From the human T2T-CHM13v2.0 reference genome, Homo sapiens, in assembly GCF_009914755.1 (NCBI RefSeq), contig NC_060939.1: DNA of 64,000 bases. One strand, 5' to 3'. Under the pieces are notes generated by a model. That model saw nothing but the letters and a program-made list of their open reading frames with translations. It was not told the origin of the DNA and did no database searches. Made by a program: the position numbers and the translations under genes. Of this stretch, positions 33,685-48,730 are shown in pieces. Numbering within the stretch: position 1 is the first letter of the stretch; the number at the start of each line of letters is the position of its first letter.

Positions 33685-35212
33685 TTATTATTATTATTTA
33701 GATTTGGATAAATTTAAGGAGTTCAAGAGCAGTTATTTTACATTACATAGTGGATAAGTCTGGGCTTTTAGTGTAACCATCACCTGAGTAATGTACACCG
33801 TACCCATTAAGTAATTTCTTATCCTTTATCTCCGTCCCATTCTCCCACCCTTCTGAGCCTCCAATGTCTATTACTCCACACTGTATGGTAGTGTGTACCC
33901 ATTATTTAGTTCCCACTTATAGGTGAGAACATGTGGTATTTTACTCTCTGTTTCTGAGTTATTCCACTTAAGATAATGGCCTATAGTTCCATCCATGTTA
34001 CTGCAAAAACACATGATTTTACTCATTTTTATGGCTGTATAATATTTCTCTCTATATATATTCTCATATTTCCTTTATCCAATCATCTGTTGATGGGCAC
34101 TCAGATTGATTCCATATCTTTTCTTTGCTATTGTGAATAGTGCTGTGATAAACATATGAGTGTGCATATCTTTTTGATATAATGATATAACCTATAGTGG
34201 GATTTTTGGATCTAATGGTAGTTCTATTTTTATTTTTAAAAAATATCCATACTTTTTTACATAGAAGTTGTACTAATTTACATTCCCAGTGACAGTATAT
34301 AAGTGTACCACTTTCTCTGCATCCTTGCCAACATCTGTTAATTTTCATCTTTTTAACAATAGCTATGATGACTGGTATAATATCTCATTGTGGTTTTGAC
34401 TTGCATTTCTGTGATGATTAATGATGTTGAACATTTTTTTCATACGCTTCTTGGCCATTTAGTATGTCTTCTTTTGAAAAATATCTGTTTATATCCTTTA
34501 CCCACTTTTTAGTGGGGCTATTTGTTTTTTGTTATTATTGTTGAGTTGTTTGAATATCTTGCAAATTTTGGATATTTGTCCTCTGTCAGGTGCATAGTTT
34601 GCAAATATCTTCTCCCATTCTGCAGGATGTCTGTTCATTCTGTTGATTATTTCTTTTGCTGTGCAGAAGCTTTTTAGTTTAAATAAATCCCAGTTTTCCA
34701 TGTTCGATTTTGTTGCTTGTGCTTTTGAAGTCTTAGTTATGAATTGTTTGCCTAGAACAATGTCCAGAAGAGTTTTCCATAGGTTTTCTTCTAGTATTTT
34801 TATAGTTTCAGAGCATACATTTAAGTCTGTAATTCATCTTGAGTTGATTTTTGTGTATGATGAAAGAGAGGATTCCAGTTTTATTCTGCTGCATATGGCA
34901 ATCAAATTTCCCAGCACCATTTATTAAATAGGGTGTATGTTTCCCCAGTGTATGTTTTTGTTGACTGCATCAAAGATCAGTTTGCTGTAGATACGTAGCT
35001 TTATTTCTGGCTTCTCTATTCTGTTCCATTGATCTATGTGTCTATTTTGATGTCAGTACCATGCAGTACTCTACCCTTGTAGCATAATTTGAGGCTAGGT
35101 AATGTGATACCTCTACCTTTGTTCTTTTTGCTTAGGGTTGCTTTGGCTATTCAGGCTTTTCATTATATATGAATTTTGGGAATTTTTTTTTCTAATTCTG
35201 TGAAAATATGAC
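33685..35212 (-). mobile_element. 5'-truncated L1PB4/L1MA-like element
   Basis: Minus-strand ORF2 remnants [14 protein letters not shown] and NRCWQGCRE; 3'UTR GTCTGGGCTTTTAGTGTAACCATCACC. Confidence 0.9.
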
Positions 35213-35593
35213 ATATATTCACTTTATTTATTCTTCCTTCATTAACAGAGAACCCCAGCAGAGTACACTAAGTACTCGGGCAGGCATAATAGCTCAGATT
35301 GAAAAAAGGGATGGACATTTAGTGCCTGCTATTCCTAAGAAAAATATGAAAATAGTCAGTGTTATATAGCATAATTTGCTGGGAGGAAACAAAGCCTTCT
35401 TGGTACACAGCAATAAAGACCCTTTAAAAATAAAACCTAAATTTTGCATTTGACACAAATTGCAAGTAAAGTCCTTGAAACAATTTTATAGGCATTTCCT
35501 CTAGCAAGAATACTCCTACTTCATCTCTTTCTCCAGCTAACTTTTGCTCACATTTCATGTCTTGGTTTCAAATAGACTTCTTTTAGAAAATCT

Positions 35594-35902
35594 GGCCAAG
35601 TGCAGGTGGCTCACACCTGTAATCTTAGTACTTTGGGAGGCTGAGGCTGGTGGATTGCTTGAGCCCAGGAGTTTGAGACAGGCCCAGGCAACATGGCTAA
35701 ACCCTGACTCTAAAAAATTACAAAAAATTAGCCGGTGTGGTGGTATGCACCCGTAGCCCCCCCAACTCAGAAGGTTGAGATGGGAGAATCACCTGAGCCT
35801 AGGGACTGAGGCTGCAGTGTGCTGAGATCACCCCAGTACACTCCAGCCTGGACAACCAGAGTGAGACCCTGTCTCAAATAATGAAAAAAAAAAAAAAAAA
35901 AA
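35594..35902 (+). mobile_element. AluJ
   Basis: GGATTGCTTGAGCCCAGGAG; dimer plus A-tail; TSD AGAAAATCT at 35585 and 35903. Confidence 0.95.
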
Positions 35903-38769
35903 AGAAAATCTTTTCTGATTCCCCAAGGCATTTAAATGGCCTCAGTTCATATGAATTCTCATGCTAACCCTGTACATGGCTTAATGCAGCACAGACCCAA
36001 AGGAACGTAGACCTAGTAGAAAACAAGATTCTTAGCAGGAGGGATTGGACCTTGCAGCCCCAGTTCATAGGACAGCATCTGAACATTTGCTCAACACATA
36101 TGTGTTCAAATAAATACATAAGATAATGAATACATATGATCACACCATTACAGAGACAATCATTTTGTTATGGACCAGTAGTGAGGTAAATTAGAAGTTT
36201 ACATCTGGACATGATTATGTATTATTTGGAGATTATAATATGTGTGGCCATTTAAGGTATTATTTTATGTAATAGAGAGTGGATTTCTCACTCCAAAGTA
36301 TGGTTGTAGTCATTCACAACTAATCCTACAGTCATCTCCCAAAAAGTCTGATGTTTAGAAATACCTTCTGGTATTTTTATAGAAGGATGTCTGAACTTAG
36401 TGTAACCTCCCTCACATCCACCCCTCCTCAATGATTCTAGCTCAGATTTCAAAATTCACAGGATTCGAACTCAGAGAATCAGTACCATTTACAGAATATG
36501 CGTATAGTCAGGTTTATAGCTAATTGTTGTCCAGGTTGTTACATGTTACAACAGCCTCAATCTAGTAAAATATCTGACCTAATAAAACAAAACAACAGGA
36601 AAACCCAGCTTCCCTCATTGGAAGTTATAAGAAACCAAAAAGATTGTAAACTTTTCAGGAAGAGCCTTGAATATTCCCAGGAAAAGCTAACTTGCACTAG
36701 TACACTCAAATGGCAGAGAATGAAGGGTAACCCAAAATATTTCAGAAAATAACTGCAAAGTAGACCTTGTTTGGAAGAAAGTTTTCTGTCACCAGAGAAT
36801 GAAAATTAGTCTGAATCATAGGGTGATAGCAGAGGCACATTCTCAAGACTTTTTGCCTTAAGGTAGTGGCTGTGAGCACAAGCCAAAGCCTTGAAAAACT
36901 AGAACCCAATTTAAACTTGAATTTTTCCTGGCTTTTATTAGACCATGGGCATGTCCAAAGGCAGTCCCATTTCTTTGACTTAGCAATAATGGGGATCTTC
37001 ATAGGTTTTTTTTTTTTATTCATAAGAATCTCTCCCCACAACCTCCCTGTTTCTCTCTCTCATCACCAGCTGCTGGTAGAGCTGATTTCTTCATTTGACC
37101 CTCTTCATCAGTCTCTCTCTACCTGCAACAAGACGTAGGACTAAAAATAATGCCCTACTTAGTCTGATTCTATGCATAACTCCAGCATGCTAGGACTCAT
37201 GTCTTCAGATTGTTCCCCTTGACTGGTAAGATCTGCTATCCCCTGACTGCCTCTCTTTGAACCTCTCCAGAAAACAGCCCATTTTGTCAAGCTGGTTGGC
37301 CCATGAATAAAGTACTTAGGAATTGTTTAGCTGTTGATTGCTCATGTAAAAATTATAAATAATATTTAGATTGTCACGCTGTTAATATTAAAATTGAAAA
37401 ATAAGATGTCACCATCAAGAGCAGATGTTTGGGCACATCTTTTTAGTGCATCTGTTTATTAATGAGGGGTAAGCGGGAGCTTTGTGAACACGCGGCTCTA
37501 TTTATTTAAAAAAAATTCCACTGCCTTTCAATTTACATCATAACAAAAGTGTGTATAATGTGGCAGAACTGTTTTATGTGATTAAAAACTGTTTATTCTG
37601 GATTTGTAATTAATTTAATTGTAACATCCAGAGGACTGCAATTTTGAAAAACTTTCACTTCTGATTGCCTATTATTCACATGACAACACTGAAATAAAGT
37701 GGCACTATGATAAATGGAAACATAAGCAGTTGTCCTGATTTAATAACAGTTTGAAAGAAAAATGTATAAAATTTTTATATAAATATATTATGTATATGAT
37801 ATTTACAAAGAAAATTCTGCTTTCTCTTTAACTTTGGATCAGAGCTAGAAAGTGCACAATTTAATAAACATCTTACAAATGCACTTTCATTATCTTAACT
37901 TAGCCTAAGATATTTCATATCTTGATAAAAATAGAGAGAGGAAAAGAACTAATTCAATTGCTCCATCAAAGAATTTCCTTAAATCCAGGTCCCATTTGAG
38001 GTCAGCAATACACCTTCATTTGTTTGAACTATGGTTTCACTAAATTCAATCAAACTTTAAAAGGAAGTACTTAATTAGTTATGCTGCACTAACAAAGAAA
38101 AATTATTATACCATACTATTATATGTTATGGCAAAACCCTGACCCCATAAAAATGATTGGTGCCATTAAGAAAATTCACATATAAATTTGTCTCCAAAAT
38201 TGAATTACATTGTGGAAAGTGTTAATAAAATGAACATAGAATAAGTTTGTGGTTTCCACCTCCATTTAACTGATTTTGTTTCAAATAATTTATAGCTAGT
38301 AAGTAGTTTTAAATTCAAAATATTGTAATTATAACATCTTTACCACCTGGAATACTTAAAAATTTCTATGGTGATGATCTGTTTGTGGATTAGACATGAA
38401 GAGATTTTGCCTAATCATTTTTACCAAATTCCCAAATTCAAATTTGAGTGTAATTGCTCCCAAATTATTAAAAATTTTGAAAATAGGGAAAAGTGAGAAA
38501 GAAGGAAAAAACACCCGCAGATAACTACTGTTCACTTTTAATGTTTCTTTCTATAATTTTGTATAAAATAGTTTTATTTTTCTTGCTCTCTAAAAGATAC
38601 TTTTATTAGGCTTGTCTGAACATTTGTCATGGCTTGATCTTTGTCATATAAAAGCACCTTTGAGTTCTTGATATTCACATATTGGATCATAATTATAGAA
38701 GTTGGAAATTTCCTTCAAAACAAATGATGTACATACCATGTGTCTATTTTTTTTTAACTGATCATTTAA

Positions 38770-39082
<313 letters not shown>

Positions 39083-39759
39083 TCTTCCCAAATTTAAAAT
39101 TGGTAACAGCTTTGCAAATAAATTCCAACGACCAAGTAGCCATACCTTAGCTTATAGGACCTTCTACTATGCTTAAAGAATTCACAGGTCAAAAAAGTAG
39201 ACTGTTTTTTTTTTTTTTTTTACCTAGCATATAAGATAGAAATATTTCTATGGCTTAGGTAGACTTTATATATGTAGGGTTAAATATAGTATTATATAGA
39301 AAGCTCATGAATTTAATATATACCATGTTCTGAAAATCAGAACAAGAAAACCTAATGGGTGAGGTAAACAATAAACCAATGTATGGTGAACTGCAGGGAG
39401 AGGGGGAGATTTTCAGAGAGCTTATATGACAAATATAAGTTTATTTATACTGCTTTTTTTAGGCATAATCTTTGATGAGACATTCCCCAACATTTCATAC
39501 ATGATCATGAATATTGATCTTTTCTTTTGTAATTGAAATCAATTGGCTCAAGTCTCATAAAAATATGAGTGAAGCTAATGTCTTGTAGCTTTTAGTCCAA
39601 TAGTGGTTTCAAAATGTGTCTCATCAATTTTAATTTTGTGAAGTTTTTCTCATATCTAGGATTTAGTATTAGCATTTGCACGGTAGAGTTTCAAAGATGA
39701 AATAATACATTAAAATAATCAGGTAATTTTGTAATTCTGCTGCCCAAAAGTTGCAACAG

Positions 39760-39886
39760 ACCAGGCACAGTGGCATATGACTGTAATCCCAAATCTTTGG
39801 GAGGCCAAGGTGGGAGGACCACTTGAGGTCAGGAGTTCTAGACCAGCCTGGACATCATAACAAGACCCCCATCTCTAAAAAAAATA
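39760..39886 (+). mobile_element. Alu left monomer (FLAM_C-like)
   Basis: GACCAGGCACAGTGGC..GGAGGACCACTTGAGGTCAGGAG..CATCTCTAAAAAAA. Confidence 0.85.
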
Positions 39887-39978
39887 ATAGTCTGGTCAAC
39901 TTATATGGCAGCACTTTCACTTGAATATATAAAAATATCTAAATGAAATTTTTGCTAACTTTTGGTATGTTACAATCA

Positions 39979-40191
<213 letters not shown>

Positions 40192-40937
40192 CTAATAAAT
40201 AAAAATTATTCTAAAGTCCTCATGGATTATAACTTTTCTAAAAGTAAAAAGTGTTGCAAATAATTTACTTTTTATTTACCCTGGAAATAAAGGTCATGGA
40301 TTAGTCTCTCAGAGTATTTTCTAAAATTCCTAGAGTGCTCTTTGGAATTGGAGAGAATTAAGCTTTTGAAAGGACTGCAAGGTCATCATCACTGCTCACT
40401 TTTCTGTTAAAATATGTAAACTGATATCTGCAACATCTAACCTTTACCAAAGTGTTCATCTTGCAGTAATTTGGACATGTAGCACTCCATACAGAGTCAT
40501 TCATTGTCCAGTACGTTAGTGGATGATGTATATTTTGCAGTTAATGGAGTTGAATAGATTTTTACATTTCACAGCTCAGTGAATGTGTACTGCATTTTCT
40601 TCCTGGACTCTGTTGCTAGATATAGAATACAGTTTTATACATTGAAAATACATTTTTGAGAAGCTAGTAAAATCTGCTTAGAAATGATTAGAGTAGACTG
40701 AAAAGATATATTCAGAATAATATAATTATTTATGTTAACCCCTGGACCAAATTCCTTGGTATTTTTGAATCATTGAATTATTTCATAATTAGAAATAATA
40801 GTGTGTGAAATAGAGCCCATTGTTTTCAATCATGCTCGCTGTAAGGAATTACTGAGTCACTAAGAATAAATTCTTAAAACACTAGCATAACTAACAGGTC
40901 AAAGATACCAATAGGAAGCTATATAATACAAATTAAG

Positions 40938-43133
40938 TGAGTTGTTTGGCTGTGTCCCCACCTAAATCTCATCTTGTAGTTTCCATAATCCCCACGTTTC
41001 ATGGGAGGGACTTGTTGGGAAGTCATTTGAATCATGAGGGTGGTTACCCCATGCTGTTCCTGTGATAGTGAATTCTTACAAGATCTGATGGTTTTATAAG
41101 ACACTATTCCCCTTTTGCTTGGCACTTCTCTCTCCTGCTGCCATGTGAAGAAGGACGTGTTTGCTTCCCCTTCTGCCATGATTGTTAGTTTCCTGAGGCC
41201 TCCCCAGCCATGCTGAACCGTGAGTTACTTAAACCTCTTTCCCTTATTGTCTAGTCTTGGGCAGTTCTTTACAGCAGTGTGAGAATGGACTGATACAGTA
41301 AATTTTGGTACCAGGAGTGGGTGCTGCTCTAAGGATACCTGAAAATGTGGAAGCAACTTTGGAACTGGGTAACAGGCAGAGGTTGGAACAGTTTAGAGGG
41401 CTCAGAAAAAGACAGGAAGATGTGGGAAAGTGTGGAACTTCCTAGAGACTTGTTTAATGGCTTTGACCAAAATGCTAACAGTGATATGGACAATGAAGTT
41501 CAGGCTGAGGTAGTCTCAGATGAAGATGAAGAACTTGTTAGGAACTGGAGCAAAGGTGAATCTTACCATGCTTTAGCAAAGAGACTAGCAGCATTTTGAC
41601 CCTGCTCTAGAAACTGGTGAAACTTTGAACTTGAGAGAGATGATTTAGAGTATCTGGTGGAAGAAATTTTTAAGCAGCAAAGCATTCAAGAGGTGACAGA
41701 GCTTAACAGTTTGGAAAATTTGTAACCTGATGATACAATAGAAAAGAATAACCCATTTTCTGAGTAGAAATTCAAGCCAGCAGCAGAAATTTACATAAAT
41801 AATGAGGAACCAAATGTTAATTGCCAAAATAATGGGGAAAATGTCTCCAGGGCATGTCAGAGACCTTCATGGCAGCCCCTCCCATCACAGGCCCAGAGGC
41901 CTAGGAGGATAAAATGGTTTATTGGGCCAGGTCCAGAGCCTCACTGCTGTGTGCAGCCTCAGGATTTGGTGCCCTGCATCTTAGCCATGCCAGCTCCAGC
42001 CATGGCTAAAAGAGACCAAGGTACAGCTTGGGTCATTGCTTCAGAGGATGCAAACTCCAAACCTTGGCAGCTCCCACATGGTGTTAAGCCTGCGAGTGCA
42101 CAAAAGTCAAGAATTGAGGTTTGGAAACCTCCACCTAGATTTCAGAGGATGTATGCAAACTCCTGGATGTCCAAGCAGAAAGAAGTTTGCTGCAGGGGTG
42201 AAGCCTTCATGGAGAACCTCTGCTAGGGCAGTGCAGAAGGGAAATGTGGAGTCAGAGCCGCCACACAGAGTCCCCAATGGGGCACTGGCAAGTGGAGCTG
42301 TGAGAAGAGGGTCACCATCCTCCAGACCCCAGAATGGTAGATGCACCAACAGCTTGCACCATATACCTGGAAAAGCCACAGATACTCAATCACAACTGTG
42401 GAAGCAGCCAGGGAAGGGGATTGTACCCTGCAAAGCCACAGGGGTGGAGCTGCCCAAGAATGCAGTGGGAGCTCATCCCTTGCATCAGCATGCCCTGGAT
42501 GTAAGACATGGAGTCAAAGGAGTTCATTTTGGAACTTTTAGGTTTAATGACTGCCCTATTGGATTTTGGACTTGCATGAAGCCTGTAGCCCCTTTGTTTT
42601 AGCCAATTTCTCCCATTCTTACTCAATGCCTGTACCCCCATTGTATCTAGGAAGTAACTAACTTGCTCATAGGTGGAAGAAACTTGCCTTGTCTCAGGAG
42701 AGATTTTGGATTTGGACTTTTGGGCTAATGCTAGAATGAGGTAAGTCTTAGGGGACTGTTGGAAAGGCATTATTGTGTTTTGAAATGTGAGGACATGAGA
42801 TTTGGGAGGGACCAGGGGCAGAATGATTTGATTTGGCTGTCTCCCTACCCAAATCACATCTTGAATTGTCATGGTTAACCTCATGCTGTTCTCATGATAG
42901 TGAGTTCTCATGAGATCCAATGGTCTTATAAGGAGATTTTTCCCCTTTGCTCAGCACTTCTCTCTCCTGCTGCCATGTGAAGAAGGATGTATTTGCCTCC
43001 CCTTCTGCCATGATTCTAAGTTTCCTGAGGATTCCCCAGCCATGTGGAACTGTGAGTCAATTAAACCTCTTTCCTTTATAAATTACCCAGTCTTGGGTAG
43101 TTCTTTATAGCAGTGTGAGAATGAACTAATACA
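40938..43133 (+). mobile_element. Full MaLR element, THE1C-like (LTR 40938-41297, internal 41298-42823, LTR 42824-43133)
   Basis: Two TG..CA LTRs; polypurine tract GGGAGGGACCAGGGGCAGAA before the 3' LTR; perfect TSD TTAAG (40933, 43134). Confidence 0.96.
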
Positions 43134-43542
43134 TTAAGCATGTGTTTTGTCCACCTTGATATGGTCACATTTTAAAAACCTCATAAATGCCATTTTTTTG
43201 TATTTAATAATTACATTTCTAAGACCAATTGTTTAAGAACTTTTGATCTTAATAATTTCACAGATTCAAAGGCCTCCAAAATAATCCTACACTAGCTTTA
43301 CACGCACAAGTGATTAAAAAAAGAAAACTTTGACATACAATAGTTTCATCTACACAAAAGAGGTAGAAAGGACATATTGCTATTACTCCACAGATGTGAC
43401 CTCTAAGGCTGAGTATTCATGTGACTTATAATAGAAGATTACAGTACTTTAAGTGCTTGGAATTGGAATCACAATTGTATATTTGTTCTGGATCTGAAAG
43501 ACTAGTACAACATTGTTGAAAATGACACTGGAAAATAAGTTC

Positions 43543-43758
43543 CAGGGATTGGCAACTGATGACTTCATATTCAGCCTCCCACCTGTTTTGTAAATAAAAT
43601 TGTATCGAAAAACAGCCATGTCCATTTCTTTATGTATTGTCTATGACTGCTTTCATGCTACCGTAGCAGAGTGGAGTACCTGTGACAGGGAGCACATGGC
43701 CCAAAAGCTGAAAATATTTATTCTCTGTCCCTTTACAGAAAGAGCTTGCCAACCCTTT
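43543..43758. mobile_element. MER58A-like hAT-Charlie fossil
   Basis: TIR-like CAGGGATTGGCAA / TTGCCAACCCT; core CCTGTTTTGTAAATAAAATT..CAGCCATG. Confidence 0.8.
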
Positions 43759-46700
43759 TTCTAAACCAAAGAGGTTGTGTATACTATGAAAGATAGAAGA
43801 GATAGAATCTGGAAACCATGAGAAAGCTCTGAGCATCAAACAAATTTATGTCAAAGTAGATGCATGATTGTTCACAACATCTTTCACTGAAGAGTAATTA
43901 ACAGTACTATTGATCAGAGCAATAGAGGAAATATAGAATTAGAAAACAAACCCATAATCATGTTCTCTCTTTCAGATATTTAATTTTTTTTGAGTTTCTT
44001 ATGATTGTAATGCATTCTGCTAGGCATTGATCTATGAATGACCCTCTTAACTAGGTATTTTAATGATCTTCCAAGTGCAAGTATTTGGTGGTGATAATGA
44101 CGTGAGCAACCAAGTATTTATCAGGGCAATGGAGGAAGGCTACAGCGTGGATAATCAAAAACCTTAATCAATAAACATTAGTGTCTTTGCTTCCTTAGAT
44201 AACCCCATTTTCTTTCTTTCTTATCAATCCAGAAAGTCTCTCAGTGAAAGGAAAGAATTAGATGCAGCTGCTTTGCAAAATGGCTGCTGTGCCTGTGTAT
44301 CAGCATTTTAAGGAGCTATGTCCCAACCCTGAAAGTCTCAGGAGAGAGTAAGAAAATGTGACTTAATATGTTAGATACTTTCATAACTTTTCTTGACCAG
44401 ATCTTACCTTTAAGACAGAACTGAGAGGAAGGTATGTAGCTGGGTGATTGGAAGAACAATTGATAATCCTGAAAATGCATTCACATTCATTCATTTTTTT
44501 TTTCCGAGCACCTACCCAGATCATGACACTTATTTGGCATTATGAATAAAATAGAAAAATGGATGCCTTTTAAGAATCACACAATCTAAGGGAAAGATGG
44601 ACATATTCACAAATAACTGTATTATAATACAATAATCTCTCTTGCTGCTGGAATTTATGAATGGACCAAGCATGAAGGCAGAAGAAACAAATCACCAAAA
44701 TTCATATGTGTAACTAACACTGTCTGGATTCAAGACACCATGTCCAAATGGCAGGATATAGAAATTATTGGCACAGTGTAGCCAGTGTGAGACAGAGCAT
44801 TTTAGAAATACATTTAGCATAGTTCAGTGAAAAATGTTCAGTCAAGAGATTCAATTTTAATTAGTGAAACGGTAATATTAGAACCACTGAAATCAAAGAA
44901 GGACTCATGCATAATTGTTTTGGAACCCCAAATTAGAGTCTCTGGTTTCCTTCTCAGTTCTTCAATCCCTGAGTTTTGCATTAAGTTATATTCCCTTCAT
45001 TGAGTTATATCAGATAAAATTTCTGTACCCTTCTTGATTGCAGCAGCTGAATCAGCAACTCAAGGAGCTGAGCTTTTGTGCCATCCCCCTATTACTGTAA
45101 AGCCACAGTAGTTAGTGCTATAGTCTTGAACTCAGACATGAATCTATTAATATGTAAAAAGTAATCTTTGTGCTCTTCATTAATACACATAATAAAATGT
45201 GCATAATATATAAGACTTTTTAAAATACTTATTATCTTAACTTTTCCCCTTTTAGGTTTGTATTAACTATCCTATCTTCAGATTTTCTGTAAAGTAATTA
45301 AGTTAGATGAGATGGCATTTAAAGCGCTTCTTACTTCCACAAATATATGCTTTTATATAATGTTCCTAAAGAAACAAGTCTCTGTTGAATTTAACTGTGA
45401 CCTAACTGGCTGCTTCACTGGTCACTGTTTCCTATCCCAGAGAGAAAGTGACCCTGTTCATTAAAATGGGTACTTTGCTTTTATTAATTTATTTAATTTA
45501 TGTGAATTTTATGTCCAATAATATTTGATAATAACTGTGACAGTTGATCAAGGAAGAGCTAATTTTTCAAACAACTTGGAAATTCTTCCACTCAAATTTC
45601 CTGAAATGCAGAGCTTTTCCTAGCCTTCCTTAATAGAGTATGTTAAAGTATTAAGGAAATAGTCTCATATGAAATGTGATTTCTTTAAGAGAAATATGAT
45701 TTGACTGTCCCCTAATGATCATTAATTAATTTAGATCAATATCTTTTGATAGTGATATTAGAGTTAACTGTTGGACACAAAATATATGGTTAATCAATGG
45801 GGCTAAAAAATTATCTGAAATTTCATTTTATAGCAACAGAAAATCTCACAGTGTCTATCTTATGTACCCTTCAGTAAATCACTGACATCAGTGTTATAGC
45901 AAGTTTAGTCAGGAACTAAACATGTACAAAGTGCTGTGCAACTATCAATCAGTTTGCATGGAAACAATGCAGCAGCATTTACTTACACGTGGGTAAATTG
46001 AGGCAAAGGCTACCTGAGGAGAGGACTCTGGCTAGCCTTTAAACCAGCAGGGCTCAAATTATTATTTTATTTATTGAATCTAAATGAGCCTACATTAAAA
46101 AGTATAATGTATTGAAACACTTCACAAATTTAATTTTCCCCTCATCAACAAACAGAGCATTTACAAACTGAATAACTTGCATTTTTAAAAAGATGGAAAT
46201 AAATTAGTGTAAATAAATGGATACAGCCAAGCTGCTAAAATGCACAGTATATGTTCACAATCTCTTAACAAAATGAATATTTTCAGTGTACCTTTTGTCT
46301 TTGACTGGGAAAAAGAGAAAGACAAGGAAATTAATATTTTTGTAATATAGATATCATCTTATATTTCATGCATGACTCATTTGAAAATGTAGATTAATTT
46401 GCAAACAATTTAGAAAGCTGAACTATTGAATTGGGTCCTCTAAGATTTAGGATTTGTCATCTTTTAAAGTTGACACCCAGCAAGAGCTTGTCAATTACAA
46501 AGAAGTGAAATGAAGTGAAAATAAGTCTCATCTTCATCTTCTTGTTATATGCTTGGTTGGTTTTAGAGAGACACCATTTACAAGCTGAAAATAATTATTC
46601 AGAAAGTTACGCTTCACTTTAAAACCAAATTTAAGCAAGAGAAAAGTGCTATTCTGCAATGGTTATTTTATTCAGAGGGTGGGGAGGTTTGGTGGAGAGT

Positions 46701-48430
46701 GGGAAATGCTACTTAGTCCCTTAAGGCTTACGGTTAGAACAGCTCTGGTATTTTTCCACTTCTTAGATTAGTGATAACAGAGATGACTTCAGGTTATTAC
46801 TTTAAAAACAAACAACTCTATTTACCATACTACTCTATCACTGTTCAATAAAAGCGAGGGTTTAGGAGAACTAATTATAATGCTATTTACACATTTTATC
46901 AACATGTGAATTGAAATACCCATGAAAATTCCGCTCCTTCTCTGAGCTGACCTTTTAATTGCTTTTTATTCCATCGATAAATATAAGAAGCACAATGTTA
47001 TAATACCTTGTTAGATTCAAACAAAAATGAATTATTTGTTGTAATAAAATTAATAGATAAATTCAGAAAAGCATACTTTAGTGAAACTTACACCATCTAT
47101 CTCCTGGCATTGATCTCTTAATATCTAATGCTAATGGACAAGGTTACTTGCCCTGGGAAATGAGACAGTATTTGGTAGACGTAACAACCCAATACATTCA
47201 TTCCCAGTTTGTGTTCAGCCCAGAAATGTTAAGTTGGGCTTTAAAGATCTGCCTCTGAGAATGACTGGTAAAGATTAATAGAACCAAAGCATTGCTTGAA
47301 GTTGAGCATGTTCTAATAGCATTTTCCTCCTTCCTGTACTCTTAGGACCACTTAATACCACACTCTTTTTCCTCCCTGAGGAGAGGAGAGAAGAAAGAAA
47401 AGCTAGAGGGAAAGCCAGAGGAGGTGTGTGATAAAATTTAAATCTTTCAGAACAAAGAATTGAGACATCATTCCTTCTCCACTGCCTCATCAAAAACCCC
47501 CAGGCCAACACTATTTCCATCATAATGAGAGGGCAAAGGTCCCAAGTGAATTGTTTGATACTTAAACACCTGCTCCTTCTTTTTAAAAAAATGACGTATA
47601 ATGTTTGAAATCACTTTATAGACATGATTGGGCAAAACAAGCATTCTATCTCTCTAAATTCTATTCATTTTTCAAGGCCTTGCTGAAGTCTCCTCTATGA
47701 AAATGTCCCTTGTGACTGTGACCACAATGATAATTCGATGCCTTGTCTCAAAGCCTATGACCCTTGTTTATGGTACTTCGAGACTTTTTGTCCACTGCTC
47801 TGTAATAATGCTTAGCCTAAAAAACAATTATAAAAATGTAATAAAATAATATTAAAGAATTTGAATAACAGAGAAAGACATCATCCATAATTCAATGCCC
47901 TAAAAATAACCATAATTATACATTCTCCTAATTTTCATAATGCTACATTATATATTTGCAAAAATATTGTTCATATAGTTTTGTACAGTGAACTATTATT
48001 GAATACTAACTCATACAAACTTTTCCACATCACATCAGTCTATAAAAAATGTTGGCTAGTATTCCACTAAGTAGATATATCAAGATTACTTAACAATACA
48101 CTATTGCAATGCCAATTAATTATTTACAGTATTGTTATTATAGCCTATGCTATTTCAAGTATCTGTGATGGGTTTTTAAATATTTACATTATTTTAAGGC
48201 AAATTCAAAGAAAAGTTACTGGCTTAAAAATATGAACATTAATAATACCATTGAAAGAATACAAGCTTGACAGCCATACACCTGGATACAAATTTTAACT
48301 CACCCATTGATATAGTCTTAAGCGTATAATTTAATCTTTTGTAGACTCAGTTTCTAGTTGGATAATACAATAATATCACGTACTATGTGGCCTTTAGGTA
48401 AGGATTAGGAATAATATGTTAAAACGTGGT

Positions 48431-48730
48431 GGTCGGGGATGGTGGCTCACGCCTGTAATCCCAGCACTTTGGGAGGCTAAGGCGGGCAGATCATGAGGTC
48501 AGGAGTTTGAGACCAGCCTGGCCAATTTGGTGAAACCCTGTCTCTACTAAAAATACAAAAATTAGCCAGGTGTAGTGGTCCACACCTGTAGTCCCAGCTA
48601 CTCAGGAGACTGAGGCAGAAGAATCACTTGAACTCGGGAGACAGATGTTGCAGTGAGCTAAGACTGCACCACTGCACTCCAGCCTGGGCAACATAGTGAG
48701 ATTCGTCTCCAAAACAAACAAACAAACAAA
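48431..48730 (+). mobile_element. AluS (Sg-like) with (CAAA)n tail, inserted in a MIR
   Basis: GGCAGATCATGAGGTCAGGAG; full dimer; MIR-like sequence on both sides. Confidence 0.93.

Noticed and set aside
41345-42920. ORFs up to 188 aa in the THE1 internal region
   Set aside because: Broken remnants of the MaLR internal ORF and antisense frames, not genes.
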